Shown here in pieces: positions 10,023 through 19,169 of a stretch of 64,000 bases of DNA. The stretch covers positions 5,696,001 to 5,760,000 of the forward strand of contig OZ245006.1 of the NCBI GenBank assembly GCA_965223545.1, written 5' to 3'. Each line of letters opens with the position of its first letter. Position 1 is the first letter of the stretch. The notes under the pieces were generated by a model. It made no database searches. It saw only the letters and a list, made by a program, of their open reading frames with translations, and was not told the origin of the DNA. Origin of the DNA: Planctomycetota bacterium. Lineage in GTDB: Bacteria > Planctomycetota > UBA1135 > UBA2386. The position numbers and the translations under genes were made by a program.

Positions 10023-12023
10023 ATGGGCAGATGCACGGTGCGCGTTTCCGTGGTGGGTTTGGCGATCGGGCTCGTGGCTGCCCAAGTGGCGCCACATGGC
10101 GGCAGCTACCGCGGCCCCGGCAACGCGGCCCCGCCGACCAACAACAACAACTCGGGCTCGTCGTCGAGCACGTCGGCACCATCGGGCCCCGGGCCGACCT
10201 CGCCCGGCGGTGGATCCGGCGGCTCCAGCGGCCCGGGACCATCGGCCCCGTCGGCACCGGTGGGCGCCGGAGCCGCCGGTGGTGGCCGCGGCGTCGGTCG
10301 CGGCGTGCCGGTCGGCGACGACCTGACCCGCTGGCAGTACTGGTGGGAGTGGAACAAGGACCCCTACCTGCGGTTGAAGGACGCAGTGCATCAGGGCGTG
10401 CAGCGCGGCTCCGACGACGAGTTCTTCGCGCCGACGCGTTCGGTGTTCAGCGTCGACACCCTGCGGCCGACGCGCGCCGACATCGAGGAGCGGGTGATGC
10501 CGGCGCTGATCCGCGCGCTGCGCGGCACCGACCAGCGGGACTTGGTCTCGTCCTGTCTGGTCGCGCTGGCGAAGATCGACCGGGGTGGTGGGGTTGCCGA
10601 CTGGCTCGAGCTGGTCCGCGCCCGGCTCAGCAGCCGTGATCAAGAGATCCGCGAGACCGCCGCACTGGCGCTCGGCATCTCCGGCCGGCAGGAGGCGATC
10701 GGCGATCTGATCGCCCTGCTCACCGACAGCGAAGCGGGGCGGCGGCTGTGCGACCGGGTCGAGGTCGATGTGCGCACGCGTTCCTTCGCGGCCTTTGCGC
10801 TCGGCCTCGCCGGCCGCGGCGTGCCGGTGACGCGCCGCCGGGCGCTGATCGCGCCGTTCGTGCACGTCCTCGAGCAGAACCACAGCAGCCGGGATCTGCC
10901 GGTCGCCGCGATCCATGGCCTGCGGCTGCTGGGCAGCGCCGGTGGCGAGCTCGATCGCGAACTGGAACGGCCGATCCTGGACGCGCTGTGGTCGTACTTC
11001 GAGCGGGAGCGCGACTCCGGCGCCTACCTGGTGCGCGCCCACGTGCTGACGGCCGTCGCCGAGCTGGTGGGGCCGGGGCGGGACCGCGGCGCCGTGCAGC
11101 GCCAGCGCCTGGCCGGCTTGCTGACCGGCGGTGAGGGCAGCAGTGCCGAGGTCAGCCAGGCGGCGGCGCTGGCCCTGGGGGTGCTCTGCCGGGCGCCGGA
11201 AGAGGAGAGCGAGAGCGCGCCGTTCGTCACAGCGCTGCAGTCGGCGTTCGAACGCGCGAAGGACGCGCAGACGCGCTACTTCGCCCTGGTCGCCCTCGGC
11301 GAGATCGGTGGTGCCGGCTGTGCGCGCTATCTGACCGGAGTGCTCGAGGCCGGCAACAAGGCGCTCGAGCGGCCGTGGGCGGCAGTCGCGCTCGGCATCG
11401 CCGCGTTCCGCGATCCGGCGCTGCGCGATGGCGCCGGGCGCGCGCTGATGCGCCAGCTGGTCGAAGTGCGCAACGAGGAGACCCGGAGCGCGGTGTCGGT
11501 GGCGCTCGGCCTGTGCGGCGACCAGCGCGCCGCCGGCGCGTTGCGGCTGCAGCTGGAGGACAACCGGCACCGCGACGAGCTCGCCGGCTACTCCTGCATC
11601 GGCCTCGCGCTGATGGGCGCGCGCCCGGCGACGGACGAGATCCGCGCGGTCGTCGTGGACTCGGTGCGGCGCCCCGGTCTGCTGCGCCAGGCCGCGGTCG
11701 CGCTCGGCAAGATCGGCGACAAGAGCGCCGGCGAGCTGCTGGTCGGCCTGCTGGGGCAGGGCGACCACAACCTCGCCAAGCTGGCGGCGGTGTCGATCGC
11801 CCTGGGCCAGATCGGCGACCGGCGCTCGATCGAGCCGCTGCTGGAGCTGCTCGAGGACGAGGCGCAGCCGGCGCTGTCGCGCGCGTTCGCCGCGGTCGCG
11901 CTGGGCAGCGTCGCCGACCGGGCCGCGCTGCCGTGGAACTCGGGCGTGGCGTTCGGCGTCAACTACCGGGCGGCGGTGGGGGTGCTCACCAACGGCATTT
12001 CCGGGGTGCTCGACATCTTGTGA
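10023..12023 (+). CDS. Exported HEAT-repeat protein with Gly/Pro/Ser-rich N-terminal linker
   Basis: Signal peptide, HGGSYRGPG, low-complexity linker, WQYWWEWNK motif, repeated AA.ALG..GD HEAT-like units. Start could be 10023 or 10038. Confidence 0.8.
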   Translation: MGRCTVRVSVVGLAIGLVAAQVAPHGGSYRGPGNAAPPTNNNNSGSSSSTSAPSGPGPTSPGGGSGGSSGPGPSAPSAPVGAGAAGGGRGVGRGVPVGDDLTRWQYWWEWNKDPYLRLKDAVHQGVQRGSDDEFFAPTRSVFSVDTLRPTRADIEERVMPALIRALRGTDQRDLVSSCLVALAKIDRGGGVADWLELVRARLSSRDQEIRETAALALGISGRQEAIGDLIALLTDSEAGRRLCDRVEVDVRTRSFAAFALGLAGRGVPVTRRRALIAPFVHVLEQNHSSRDLPVAAIHGLRLLGSAGGELDRELERPILDALWSYFERERDSGAYLVRAHVLTAVAELVGPGRDRGAVQRQRLAGLLTGGEGSSAEVSQAAALALGVLCRAPEEESESAPFVTALQSAFERAKDAQTRYFALVALGEIGGAGCARYLTGVLEAGNKALERPWAAVALGIAAFRDPALRDGAGRALMRQLVEVRNEETRSAVSVALGLCGDQRAAGALRLQLEDNRHRDELAGYSCIGLALMGARPATDEIRAVVVDSVRRPGLLRQAAVALGKIGDKSAGELLVGLLGQGDHNLAKLAAVSIALGQIGDRRSIEPLLELLEDEAQPALSRAFAAVALGSVADRAALPWNSGVAFGVNYRAAVGVLTNGISGVLDIL

Positions 12024-12048
12024 CGCACGCAGCAGCTATCGTCCCGGC

Positions 12049-13296
12049 GTGACGACGACCAGCCACCCCACGCCGGGTCACTCCGCGAGCTCGCCGACAC
12101 CGGTTGCCGTCGGCGAGCGCATTCGCTCGCTCGACGTGCTGCGGGGATTCGCGCTGCTCGGCGTGTTGCTGATGAACATGCAGGCGTTCGCCGAAGTGTT
12201 CGCGGTTTACATGCACCCGTTCGCGGTCGGCGACATCGGCGCGGTGGAGTATGGGCTGTGGTGCCTGCAGCGCGTGTTCGCGGACGGTAAGGCGATGACG
12301 ATCTTCTCGATGCTGTTCGGCGCTGGGATCGTGTTGATGTCGCAGCGTTCCATCGAACGGACCGGGCGCGCTGCTGGACTGCATTACCGGCGGATGTTCT
12401 GGCTGCTGCTGTTCGGCTTCGCGCACGCGACGCTGCTGTGGACCGGTGACATCCTGTTCTTCTACGGCGCCGTCGGGATGCTCGCGTTCGTGCTGCGACG
12501 GGTCTGGCTGTGGCTCCTGCTCGTGCTCGCCCTGCTGTTCTTTGCCGTGCCGATGGTGATGTTCTCGTTCTTGGGCGAGATGCCCGCGGACGAGCTCGCG
12601 GAGCTGGCGGAGATGTGGGCGCCTACGGCCGAGTACGTGCAGACCACGCGCGCGACGATGCGGGGCGATTGGGTCGCGCAAGTCGCGTTCCGGTTCGAGG
12701 AGTGGACCGGGATGATGGGCTTCCTCGTCATCTTCGGTTGGCGCATCTTGGCCAACATGCTGTTCGGTATCGCGCTGTTCCGCCTCGGCGTGTTGTCGGG
12801 AGCCCGGTCCGATGGCTTCTACTGGCGGCTGCTGATCGTCGGCTTCGCCATCGGCCTGCCGCTGTCGGCATGGAGCATCGTCGATCACGAGATGCACGAC
12901 TGGGAGATGGTGCGCTCGATGGGGGTCGGCTCGCTCTTCAACTACGCCGGCAGCCTGTTTGCGGCGCTCGGCTGGATCGGCGTGGTGATGCTCGTCTGTC
13001 GCCGCGGTGCGCTGCCGGCCCTGCGGGAGCGGTTTGCAGCGGTCGGGCAGATGGCGTTCACCAACTACATCATGCACAGCGTGGTCTGCGTGACGATCTA
13101 CAACGGTCATGCCAGCGGTCTCGGCCTGTTCGGCAGCGTGAACCGGGTCTGGCAAGTCCTGATCGTGCTCGGCATCTTCGCGGTGCAGCTCTGGTACTCG
13201 CCGCTGTGGTTGCGCCGCTTCCGCTTCGGGCCGCTCGAGTGGCTGTGGCGCGCGCTGTCGTACTGGCAGCTGCCACCGATGCGCCGGGTGGCGTAG
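12049..13296 (+). CDS. DUF418 family membrane protein (YeiB-like)
   Basis: ERIRSLDVLRGFALLG, FSMLFGAG, GDIL..YG, VGQMAFTNY, FRFGPLEWLWR signature motifs. Confidence 0.9.
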   Translation: MTTTSHPTPGHSASSPTPVAVGERIRSLDVLRGFALLGVLLMNMQAFAEVFAVYMHPFAVGDIGAVEYGLWCLQRVFADGKAMTIFSMLFGAGIVLMSQRSIERTGRAAGLHYRRMFWLLLFGFAHATLLWTGDILFFYGAVGMLAFVLRRVWLWLLLVLALLFFAVPMVMFSFLGEMPADELAELAEMWAPTAEYVQTTRATMRGDWVAQVAFRFEEWTGMMGFLVIFGWRILANMLFGIALFRLGVLSGARSDGFYWRLLIVGFAIGLPLSAWSIVDHEMHDWEMVRSMGVGSLFNYAGSLFAALGWIGVVMLVCRRGALPALRERFAAVGQMAFTNYIMHSVVCVTIYNGHASGLGLFGSVNRVWQVLIVLGIFAVQLWYSPLWLRRFRFGPLEWLWRALSYWQLPPMRRVA

Positions 13297-13313
13297 CGAG
13301 TCGATGCCCCTGG

Positions 13314-14402
13314 TCACCGCGCAGGCCGCGTCGTCGCCGCCAGGCCGATCAGCGCGAGCGGCGTGGCGACCAGCGGATCGTCCTCCTTCATCGTGTCGTT
13401 GAGGCCGGCGAAGGCGCCGTCCTCGCGCTGGTGCGCCAGCAGCGCGTCGCGTACCGGCGTGCGCCAGCCATGTTCGCCGGCGCGCTGCAGCGCGCGGGCC
13501 AGCGTGGTCAAGTAGTAGATGCGCATCCCATCGGCGGTGCGTTGCGCGTCCGGCGCAAAGCCCGGCACCGTGTCCACCGAGAAGTGCGCGCGCAGCCAGT
13601 CCAACGCCGCGTCAGCGACCGCTGGATCGCCGCCGCAGAGCAGCCAGGCGCGCAAGCCGTCGGCGGTGGCGCTGCCGTAGCTGCGCGGCGCTCCCGCGTC
13701 GGCGCCGGCCTTGCTGCGGGCGTGCGGTGGGGTTGGCGTGAAGTGGAAGCCGCCGTCGGCACCGCGGCAGCGCAGTACAAAGCGGCGCGCTCGGCGCAGA
13801 GTGGGGTCCTCCGGTGGCACGCCGGCAGCGCGCAGGGCGGCGACGGCCCAGGCGCTCACCGCGACGCTCAAGAGCTCGGTGTCCAGTGGCTTGTCGGGGT
13901 TGCGGCCGCCAAAGGCGAAGCCGCCGTACTCGACATCGTCGGGCTGCCAGCCGCGGTGTTCGGCGAGCTGTGCTGTGCGCAAGTACGCGACCTGCGCGGC
14001 GCTCTTGGCAGCGGCGTTCTCCGGCTGCAGTGCGCTCAGCGCCAACAGGTAGAACGCGGCGGTGTAGTTGGGGTAATCGAGCCCGGGCCCGGCCAGCCCG
14101 ATCGCGCCATCGTCGCCGGTGTGCGCGGCGAGCCACGAAAGCCCCCGGTGCACGGTCGTTGCATGGGCGCGGCGCATCGGCGGCGGCGCCAGCGCGAACG
14201 CGTACACCGCGATCGCGGTCAGTGAGTGGCCCGGCCGCAGCACGCCGTAGGCCTCCGAGTGCCACGCGCCGTCTTCTCCTTGCGCCGCCGCCAGGTAGGC
14301 CAGCCCCCGCTGCCAGGCCCGTTCGACCGCGCGGTCCACCGTGCTGCCGCAGCCGGCGAGCAGCACCAGGCATGCCAGTTGCGCGGCGTGCCGGCGCCTC
14401 AC
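13314..14402 (-). CDS. Prenyltransferase/squalene-cyclase (QW) repeat lipoprotein
   Basis: GTG start in GTGA overlap with upstream stop; lipobox LLAGC; QGEDGAW, GADGGF, QREDGAF repeats; SYGSAT motif. Confidence 0.75.
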   Translation of the reverse strand: MRRRHAAQLACLVLLAGCGSTVDRAVERAWQRGLAYLAAAQGEDGAWHSEAYGVLRPGHSLTAIAVYAFALAPPPMRRAHATTVHRGLSWLAAHTGDDGAIGLAGPGLDYPNYTAAFYLLALSALQPENAAAKSAAQVAYLRTAQLAEHRGWQPDDVEYGGFAFGGRNPDKPLDTELLSVAVSAWAVAALRAAGVPPEDPTLRRARRFVLRCRGADGGFHFTPTPPHARSKAGADAGAPRSYGSATADGLRAWLLCGGDPAVADAALDWLRAHFSVDTVPGFAPDAQRTADGMRIYYLTTLARALQRAGEHGWRTPVRDALLAHQREDGAFAGLNDTMKEDDPLVATPLALIGLAATTRPAR

Positions 14403-15484
14403 CGCTCGATCATCGGCAGCATCTTCAGCGGCGTGGTCATCGTGATGATCGAGCACGCAGTGCAGAACACGCGACCGGTGATGCAGTGGTGGCCGGTCCA
14501 GCTGCCGTCGCCGTTCTGGCACCGCCGCAGCGCGTCGATGATCCGGCCGTACCACACCTCCCACGCCGGCTCGTCGGTCTCGTGGTGCAGCGCCTGGGTG
14601 GCGAACACCGCGCCCAGGAACTCCTCGCCGCCCGAGCGGCCGCCGACGTCCTGGTCGAACTCCATGCCCAAGACCACTTGCGTCGCCAGCCGGCCTTCTG
14701 CCGACAGTCCTTCGCCCATTCCGTACAGCACGCGCAGCCCTCCGGCCTGGGTGACGAAGCGCTCCTGCCGGCCCCACTTGTCCTCGCGAAAGATTCCGGT
14801 GCCGGGCTCGAGGCAGTCTTCTTTGAGGTAGCGCACCACGCGTTGTGGTGAGCCGTGCGCGATGGGAACGCCGGCGTCGGCGATGCAGCGCAGCGCCAGC
14901 CACGCGCAGATCGTGGTCAACATCGGCTCGTAGCTGACCTCCCACGCGCCGTTTTCCTTCTGCAGCGCCGAGATCCGCGCCGCCGCGCGCTGCAGCTCGT
15001 CGAGAATGCGTTGGTCGTCGGGCAGCTGGATCGCCTGCCCGGCGATCTGGCTGTAGAGCAGCGACGTCAGGTAGAGATCGATGTTGCGGCCGAGCTTGCC
15101 CTGCAGGAGCGTGTGCTGGTCCATCGTCGCGCCGGAGCCGAAGCCCCGCGTGCGCGGCCGCAGCCAGTCGAGAGCGCGCTGGATCGCGCGCCAGTGCTTG
15201 CCGCGCGTCGGCATCGAGCCGGTCGACAGCAGCGCCACCGTCGCGATGCAGGTGTTGCCGACCTCGCCCGCCGAGCCGGCGTTGTCGCCCCAGGAGCCGT
15301 CGCGGTTCTGCGCGCGCAGCAGCCAGGTGACCGCGCGATCGAGGCTTTCGCGCGCCCGCGGCGGGATCGGGTCGTCGGCTGGGGGGTGCGCGATGGGGGC
15401 GGTGAGCAGGGCGCAGCACAGCAGTGCAGCCGGCGCGTGGCTGCGCCGCGGCGATGGACACCGAGACTCTGACCTTGCCATCAT
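14399..15484 (-). CDS. Exported prenyltransferase/squalene-cyclase (QW) repeat protein
   Basis: QNRDGSW, QKENGAW, QNGDGSW repeats; signal-peptide-like N-terminus; start uncertain (15481/15484/15502). Confidence 0.75.
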   Translation of the reverse strand: MMARSESRCPSPRRSHAPAALLCCALLTAPIAHPPADDPIPPRARESLDRAVTWLLRAQNRDGSWGDNAGSAGEVGNTCIATVALLSTGSMPTRGKHWRAIQRALDWLRPRTRGFGSGATMDQHTLLQGKLGRNIDLYLTSLLYSQIAGQAIQLPDDQRILDELQRAAARISALQKENGAWEVSYEPMLTTICAWLALRCIADAGVPIAHGSPQRVVRYLKEDCLEPGTGIFREDKWGRQERFVTQAGGLRVLYGMGEGLSAEGRLATQVVLGMEFDQDVGGRSGGEEFLGAVFATQALHHETDEPAWEVWYGRIIDALRRCQNGDGSWTGHHCITGRVFCTACSIITMTTPLKMLPMIER

Positions 15485-15582
15485 CCAACCATCGTCGATC
15501 ATCGCCGTGCCGAGCCGACGCCGATTCTGCCGTAAGGCAGCACGCGCCGTGTCGACTCTACCAGAATTGCAGATTGCCCGTC

Positions 15583-16344
15583 CTAGGACTGGTCGGGATC
15601 AGCGCCTGGTCCATCGGGCTCCGTGCCGAGCACCCGACGCACCATCGCGTCGGGGTTCTGCAAAAAGGCACGGGTCACGATGAAGTGCTCGGTTTCCTCG
15701 AAGCGCACGTCCTCGAGGCCGTGCTCGTCGAGCAGAACCATGCGCGCATCGGGATACGCCATCAGGATCGGGGAGTGGGTCGCGATCACGAACTGGCTGC
15801 CGCGCTCAACGAGGTCGTGCATGCACGCCAAGAACGCCAGCTGCTTCTGCGGCGACAGCGCCGCTTCGGGCTCGTCGAGGATGTAGAGGCCTTGATCGCG
15901 AAAGCGGTTGCGGACCACCCAGAGGAAGGCCTCGCCGTGCGATTTCGTGTGTAGGTTTTCCCAGCCGTAGCTCGCGTAGCCCTCGGCCTCGGTGGAGAGG
16001 TTGAACATCGTCTCGGCGCGCAGGAAGAAGCCGGACTTCTCGCGCTTCGCCCCGCGCGCGAGGCGGATGGAGTCGATCAGCGAGGACTCGCTGGGTCGAT
16101 GCGACGCCCTGAAGTTCTTGGTTCCACCTTCCGCGTTGAACCCCGCCGCGACGGCAATGGCCTCGATGAACGTGGACTTTCCGCAACCGTTCTCGCCGAC
16201 GAGATACGTGACCTTCGGGTGGAACTCCAGCCGCTCGAGCTGCGCCACGGCCGGGATGTTGAAGGGGTGCTGATCCCAGTCAGGGACTTCGTCGCGACAC
16301 AGCTCCAGGTGTCGGAGGAAGCTGTTCAGGCGATCGGCGTTCAT
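15583..16344 (-). CDS. Stand-alone ABC/AAA_21-type ATPase
   Basis: Walker A GENGCGKST, FLRAE, signature SHGE, Walker B YILDEPEAALSP, H-loop IATHSP. Confidence 0.9.
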   Translation of the reverse strand: MNADRLNSFLRHLELCRDEVPDWDQHPFNIPAVAQLERLEFHPKVTYLVGENGCGKSTFIEAIAVAAGFNAEGGTKNFRASHRPSESSLIDSIRLARGAKREKSGFFLRAETMFNLSTEAEGYASYGWENLHTKSHGEAFLWVVRNRFRDQGLYILDEPEAALSPQKQLAFLACMHDLVERGSQFVIATHSPILMAYPDARMVLLDEHGLEDVRFEETEHFIVTRAFLQNPDAMVRRVLGTEPDGPGADPDQS

Positions 16345-16410
16345 GAGTCCTGCGTTCGCGGTCCTGCTGCTACGCTACTCAGGTCGTAGCCCATGGACTA
16401 GGCACCCCAG

Positions 16411-17313
16411 ATGCAGCGAATCCGGTCGGCAACTCTCTTCACTCTCGTCGCAAGTTCGAGCGTCGCGCTGGCCACCGGCGCGCTCTCGGCGCAGGACGAC
16501 GGCTTGCGCGCGCTGGACGGCGAGTGGACCTACCTCGAAGACCGCACCGAGGGCCGCGCCCTCGAGCGGATGGGGCCTCCGATGAGCGCGAAGTTCTCGC
16601 TGCGCGTCGAGGAGGACGCGGTCATCCTGGTGCGCGGCCATGGCTCCGGGCACCGCGATGTGCGCGTCGCGCTCGACGGTTCGATCACCGAAGTCGTCGA
16701 TGCGGGCAAGACCTCGCGCTACCGCGGCGCGTGGAAGGACGGCGCCTTCACCTACGAGGTCGACTTCGCGCGGGGGGAGGACAGTGCGCCCACGGGGCTG
16801 ATCCGGCGAGAGTTCCGCCACACCGCCGACGGTCTGCTCGTGCGCGCCGTGCGGTCGTCCGAGTCCGTCGGCCTCTACCGCCACGCGGAGGACATCCCGA
16901 TGCCGGCGCCGACCGAGGCCGCGATCGGTGACCTGGGGTGGCTGGCCGGCGCGTGGGTCGGGACGCGGAGCTCTGGCAGCTCGATCGAGGAGCGGTGGAG
17001 TCCGCCGCTCGGCGGCGCGATGCTCGGCGTGTCGCGCACGGTCTCCCGCGGCAGGATGTTCGCGTTCGAGTTCCTGCGCATCGTCGAGCGCGACGGCGGG
17101 CTGGTGTACTTCGCGCAGCCCCGCGGCAATCCGCCGACCGAGTTCGTGCTCACCGAGCTGACCGAGACGCGCGCGGTGTTCGACAACCCGCGCCACGACT
17201 ACCCGAAGCGGATCGTGTACGAGCTCTCGGCGGGGAATGGGCTGACTGCGACGGTCGGCTTCATGAAGGGTGGTACCCCCCGGCGCTTCGAATACCGGCG
17301 CGAAGAGGAGTAG
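16411..17313 (+). CDS. Exported two-domain protein with C-terminal DUF6265-like domain
   Basis: Signal peptide; LGWLAGAW.G...EERWSPP.GG.MLG, FEFLRI, AQPRG, FDNPRHDYPKRIVY. Confidence 0.75.
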   Translation: MQRIRSATLFTLVASSSVALATGALSAQDDGLRALDGEWTYLEDRTEGRALERMGPPMSAKFSLRVEEDAVILVRGHGSGHRDVRVALDGSITEVVDAGKTSRYRGAWKDGAFTYEVDFARGEDSAPTGLIRREFRHTADGLLVRAVRSSESVGLYRHAEDIPMPAPTEAAIGDLGWLAGAWVGTRSSGSSIEERWSPPLGGAMLGVSRTVSRGRMFAFEFLRIVERDGGLVYFAQPRGNPPTEFVLTELTETRAVFDNPRHDYPKRIVYELSAGNGLTATVGFMKGGTPRRFEYRREEE

Positions 17314-17385
17314 GGACTCGGCCTCCTCGTCGCCGAGCGGACACGCTCGCACGGGGGTGTGCGACGCTAGACTTGCACGAACGCC

Positions 17386-17646
17386 GTGAGCCACCGTTTG
17401 CAGTCTCGGGACACGACCCCCAGCGCCGAGCGCGAGCAGTTCGCAATCCTGCGCGCGATGCGGCCCGACGAGAAGCTCCGCCTGATGGGCGAGCTGTGCG
17501 CGAGTGCCCGCTACTGGACTACGCTGGGGCTCCGGCGGCGCTACCCGAACGCGGACGACTCCGAGATTCGCATGCGCCTGTTCTCGACGTGGCTGCCCCG
17601 CGAGACCATGCTCCGTTGCTACGCATGGGATCCCGGTGAACACTGA
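17386..17646 (+). CDS. Small helical antitoxin-like protein (MenA1/Rv0078B-like)
   Basis: 86 aa; EKLRL...LRRRYPNADDSEI resembles MenA1 QKLRL...LGRERPNADVVEI (recalled); overlaps downstream nucleotidyltransferase. Confidence 0.6.
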   Translation: MSHRLQSRDTTPSAEREQFAILRAMRPDEKLRLMGELCASARYWTTLGLRRRYPNADDSEIRMRLFSTWLPRETMLRCYAWDPGEH

Positions 17647-18223
17647 TCACGTCCCGCCGCACGTAGAGGTCGCGCTCACCGTCGGCGCAGCGCTCGATGC
17701 GCTGGGGCTTCCGCACATGGTGTGCGGTTCGGTGGCGAGTTCGGTCCATGGCGAGCCCCGCTCCACACACGACATCGACTTCGTGGTCGACTTCTCGGAG
17801 CAGGACGAAGAGCGGCTCGCCGCAGCGCTTGCCGATGAGTTCTTCGTCGATCCCGAGGCGCTGCGCTACGCGGCGCGGAGTCGCTCGAGTTGCAACGTGC
17901 TGCATCGGGCGACCGGCATCAAAGTCGACCTGATCGTGCTGCGCGACCGCGCGTTCAGCCGCGAAGAGCTGGCGCGCAGGATCCGGGTGACCGCCGGGGC
18001 AGGCCGGCAGCTCAGCGTTACCACGGCGGAGGACATGGTGCTCAGCAAGCTCGAGTGGTTTGCCAAGGGTGGCGAATCGAGCGAGAACCAATGGCGTGAT
18101 GTCTGTGGGCTGCTCAAACACCAGGGCGACGGCCTCGATGATGCTTACCTGGACACCTGGGCACCTCGAATCGGTGTTCAGAGTCTGCTTGCCCGCGCCC
18201 GGAGCGAGACCCGCTCGACGTGA
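17636..18223 (+). CDS. Pol-beta superfamily nucleotidyltransferase, putative toxin (MenT1/AbiEii-like)
   Basis: GS.A...HGEPRSTHDIDF motif, KVDL, TAEDMVLSKL and QWRDV motifs; GTG start overlaps upstream gene by 11 nt. Confidence 0.75.
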   Translation: MNTDHVPPHVEVALTVGAALDALGLPHMVCGSVASSVHGEPRSTHDIDFVVDFSEQDEERLAAALADEFFVDPEALRYAARSRSSCNVLHRATGIKVDLIVLRDRAFSREELARRIRVTAGAGRQLSVTTAEDMVLSKLEWFAKGGESSENQWRDVCGLLKHQGDGLDDAYLDTWAPRIGVQSLLARARSETRST

Positions 18224-18293
18224 GCCCAGCGACGGCATCCAGCGTGTCGGAGTCGCCGAGCGGTGATTGCACGAAGCTGATTGGGCAAACCGC

Positions 18294-19148
18294 ATGGTGA
18301 CCCGCGTACTCTGCGTGCGGCGCGGCGGGTTGGGCGACACCGTGCTGATGGTGCCGGTGCTCCGCGCCCTGCGCACGGCGGTCGGCCCCGCGCGGCTCGA
18401 GTTGGCCGGCGCCGCCGAGCATGCGGGCGTCTTGGAGCACTTCGGTGTCGTCGATCGCGTGTTTTCGAGCGAGTTGTTGGCGGGCTTGCGCGATTACTAC
18501 GACTGGGTCGTCTCCGACGGCAGCGGCGGGCGGGGCGCAGGGAGGAACGCGCCGCGACACACCGCGTTCGACCCGGTGCTCGGGCCGGACGACGAGCGGC
18601 CGGCGTCGCTGCAGCTGCTGGCGCGCATCGGATTGCCGGCGCCGGCGGGTGGGCTGGCCGCCGCGACGGCCTTCGGGCCTGGCTGGCAGCCGGCGGTGGG
18701 TGCTGCGGTGTGCCTGCACGCGGGTAGCGGCGGGCGGCACAAGTGCTGGCCGGTCGAGCACTACGCCGCGCTTGCGGCGGCGCTCGCGGCCGACGGGGTG
18801 CCGGTGGTGGCGCTGGAAGGGCCGGTCGAGCGCGAGCGGGGGGTGGCGTTGTGTGCCGAAGACCGAGTTGCGCCCGAGGGCGTGGTCGCGCTGGCCCAGC
18901 TGCTCCTCGGGGCGCGCGCGTTCGTCGGCAACGACGCCGGGCCGACGCACCTTGCCGCGGCCCTCGGCGTGCCGACGGTGGCGATCTTCGGTCCCACCGA
19001 CCCACGCGTGTGGGCGCCGCCGGGGGCGCGCGTCGTGCATTCACCCACCGCGGGCGGGCCGCCGGACGCGACCGTGGCCGAGGTGCTGCGGACGGTGCGC
19101 GCGGTGCTCGCCGATACATCGCCGGGCTGCGGGCCGACGCGGGCTTGA
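18294..19148 (+). CDS. Glycosyltransferase family 9 (ADP-heptose:LPS heptosyltransferase-like)
   Basis: GGLGDTVL, HAGSG..KCWP, GNDAGPTHLAAALGVPTVAIFGPT. Confidence 0.88.
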   Translation: MVTRVLCVRRGGLGDTVLMVPVLRALRTAVGPARLELAGAAEHAGVLEHFGVVDRVFSSELLAGLRDYYDWVVSDGSGGRGAGRNAPRHTAFDPVLGPDDERPASLQLLARIGLPAPAGGLAAATAFGPGWQPAVGAAVCLHAGSGGRHKCWPVEHYAALAAALAADGVPVVALEGPVERERGVALCAEDRVAPEGVVALAQLLLGARAFVGNDAGPTHLAAALGVPTVAIFGPTDPRVWAPPGARVVHSPTAGGPPDATVAEVLRTVRAVLADTSPGCGPTRA

Positions 19149-19169
19149 GGTTTGAGGGTGGCGTCGCCG

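Noticed and set aside
13314..15488. 724-aa ORF suggesting one fused two-barrel cyclase
   Set aside because: The N-terminal half is Arg/Pro-rich out-of-frame read-through of the upstream gene; the real start is GTG 14402 with a lipobox.
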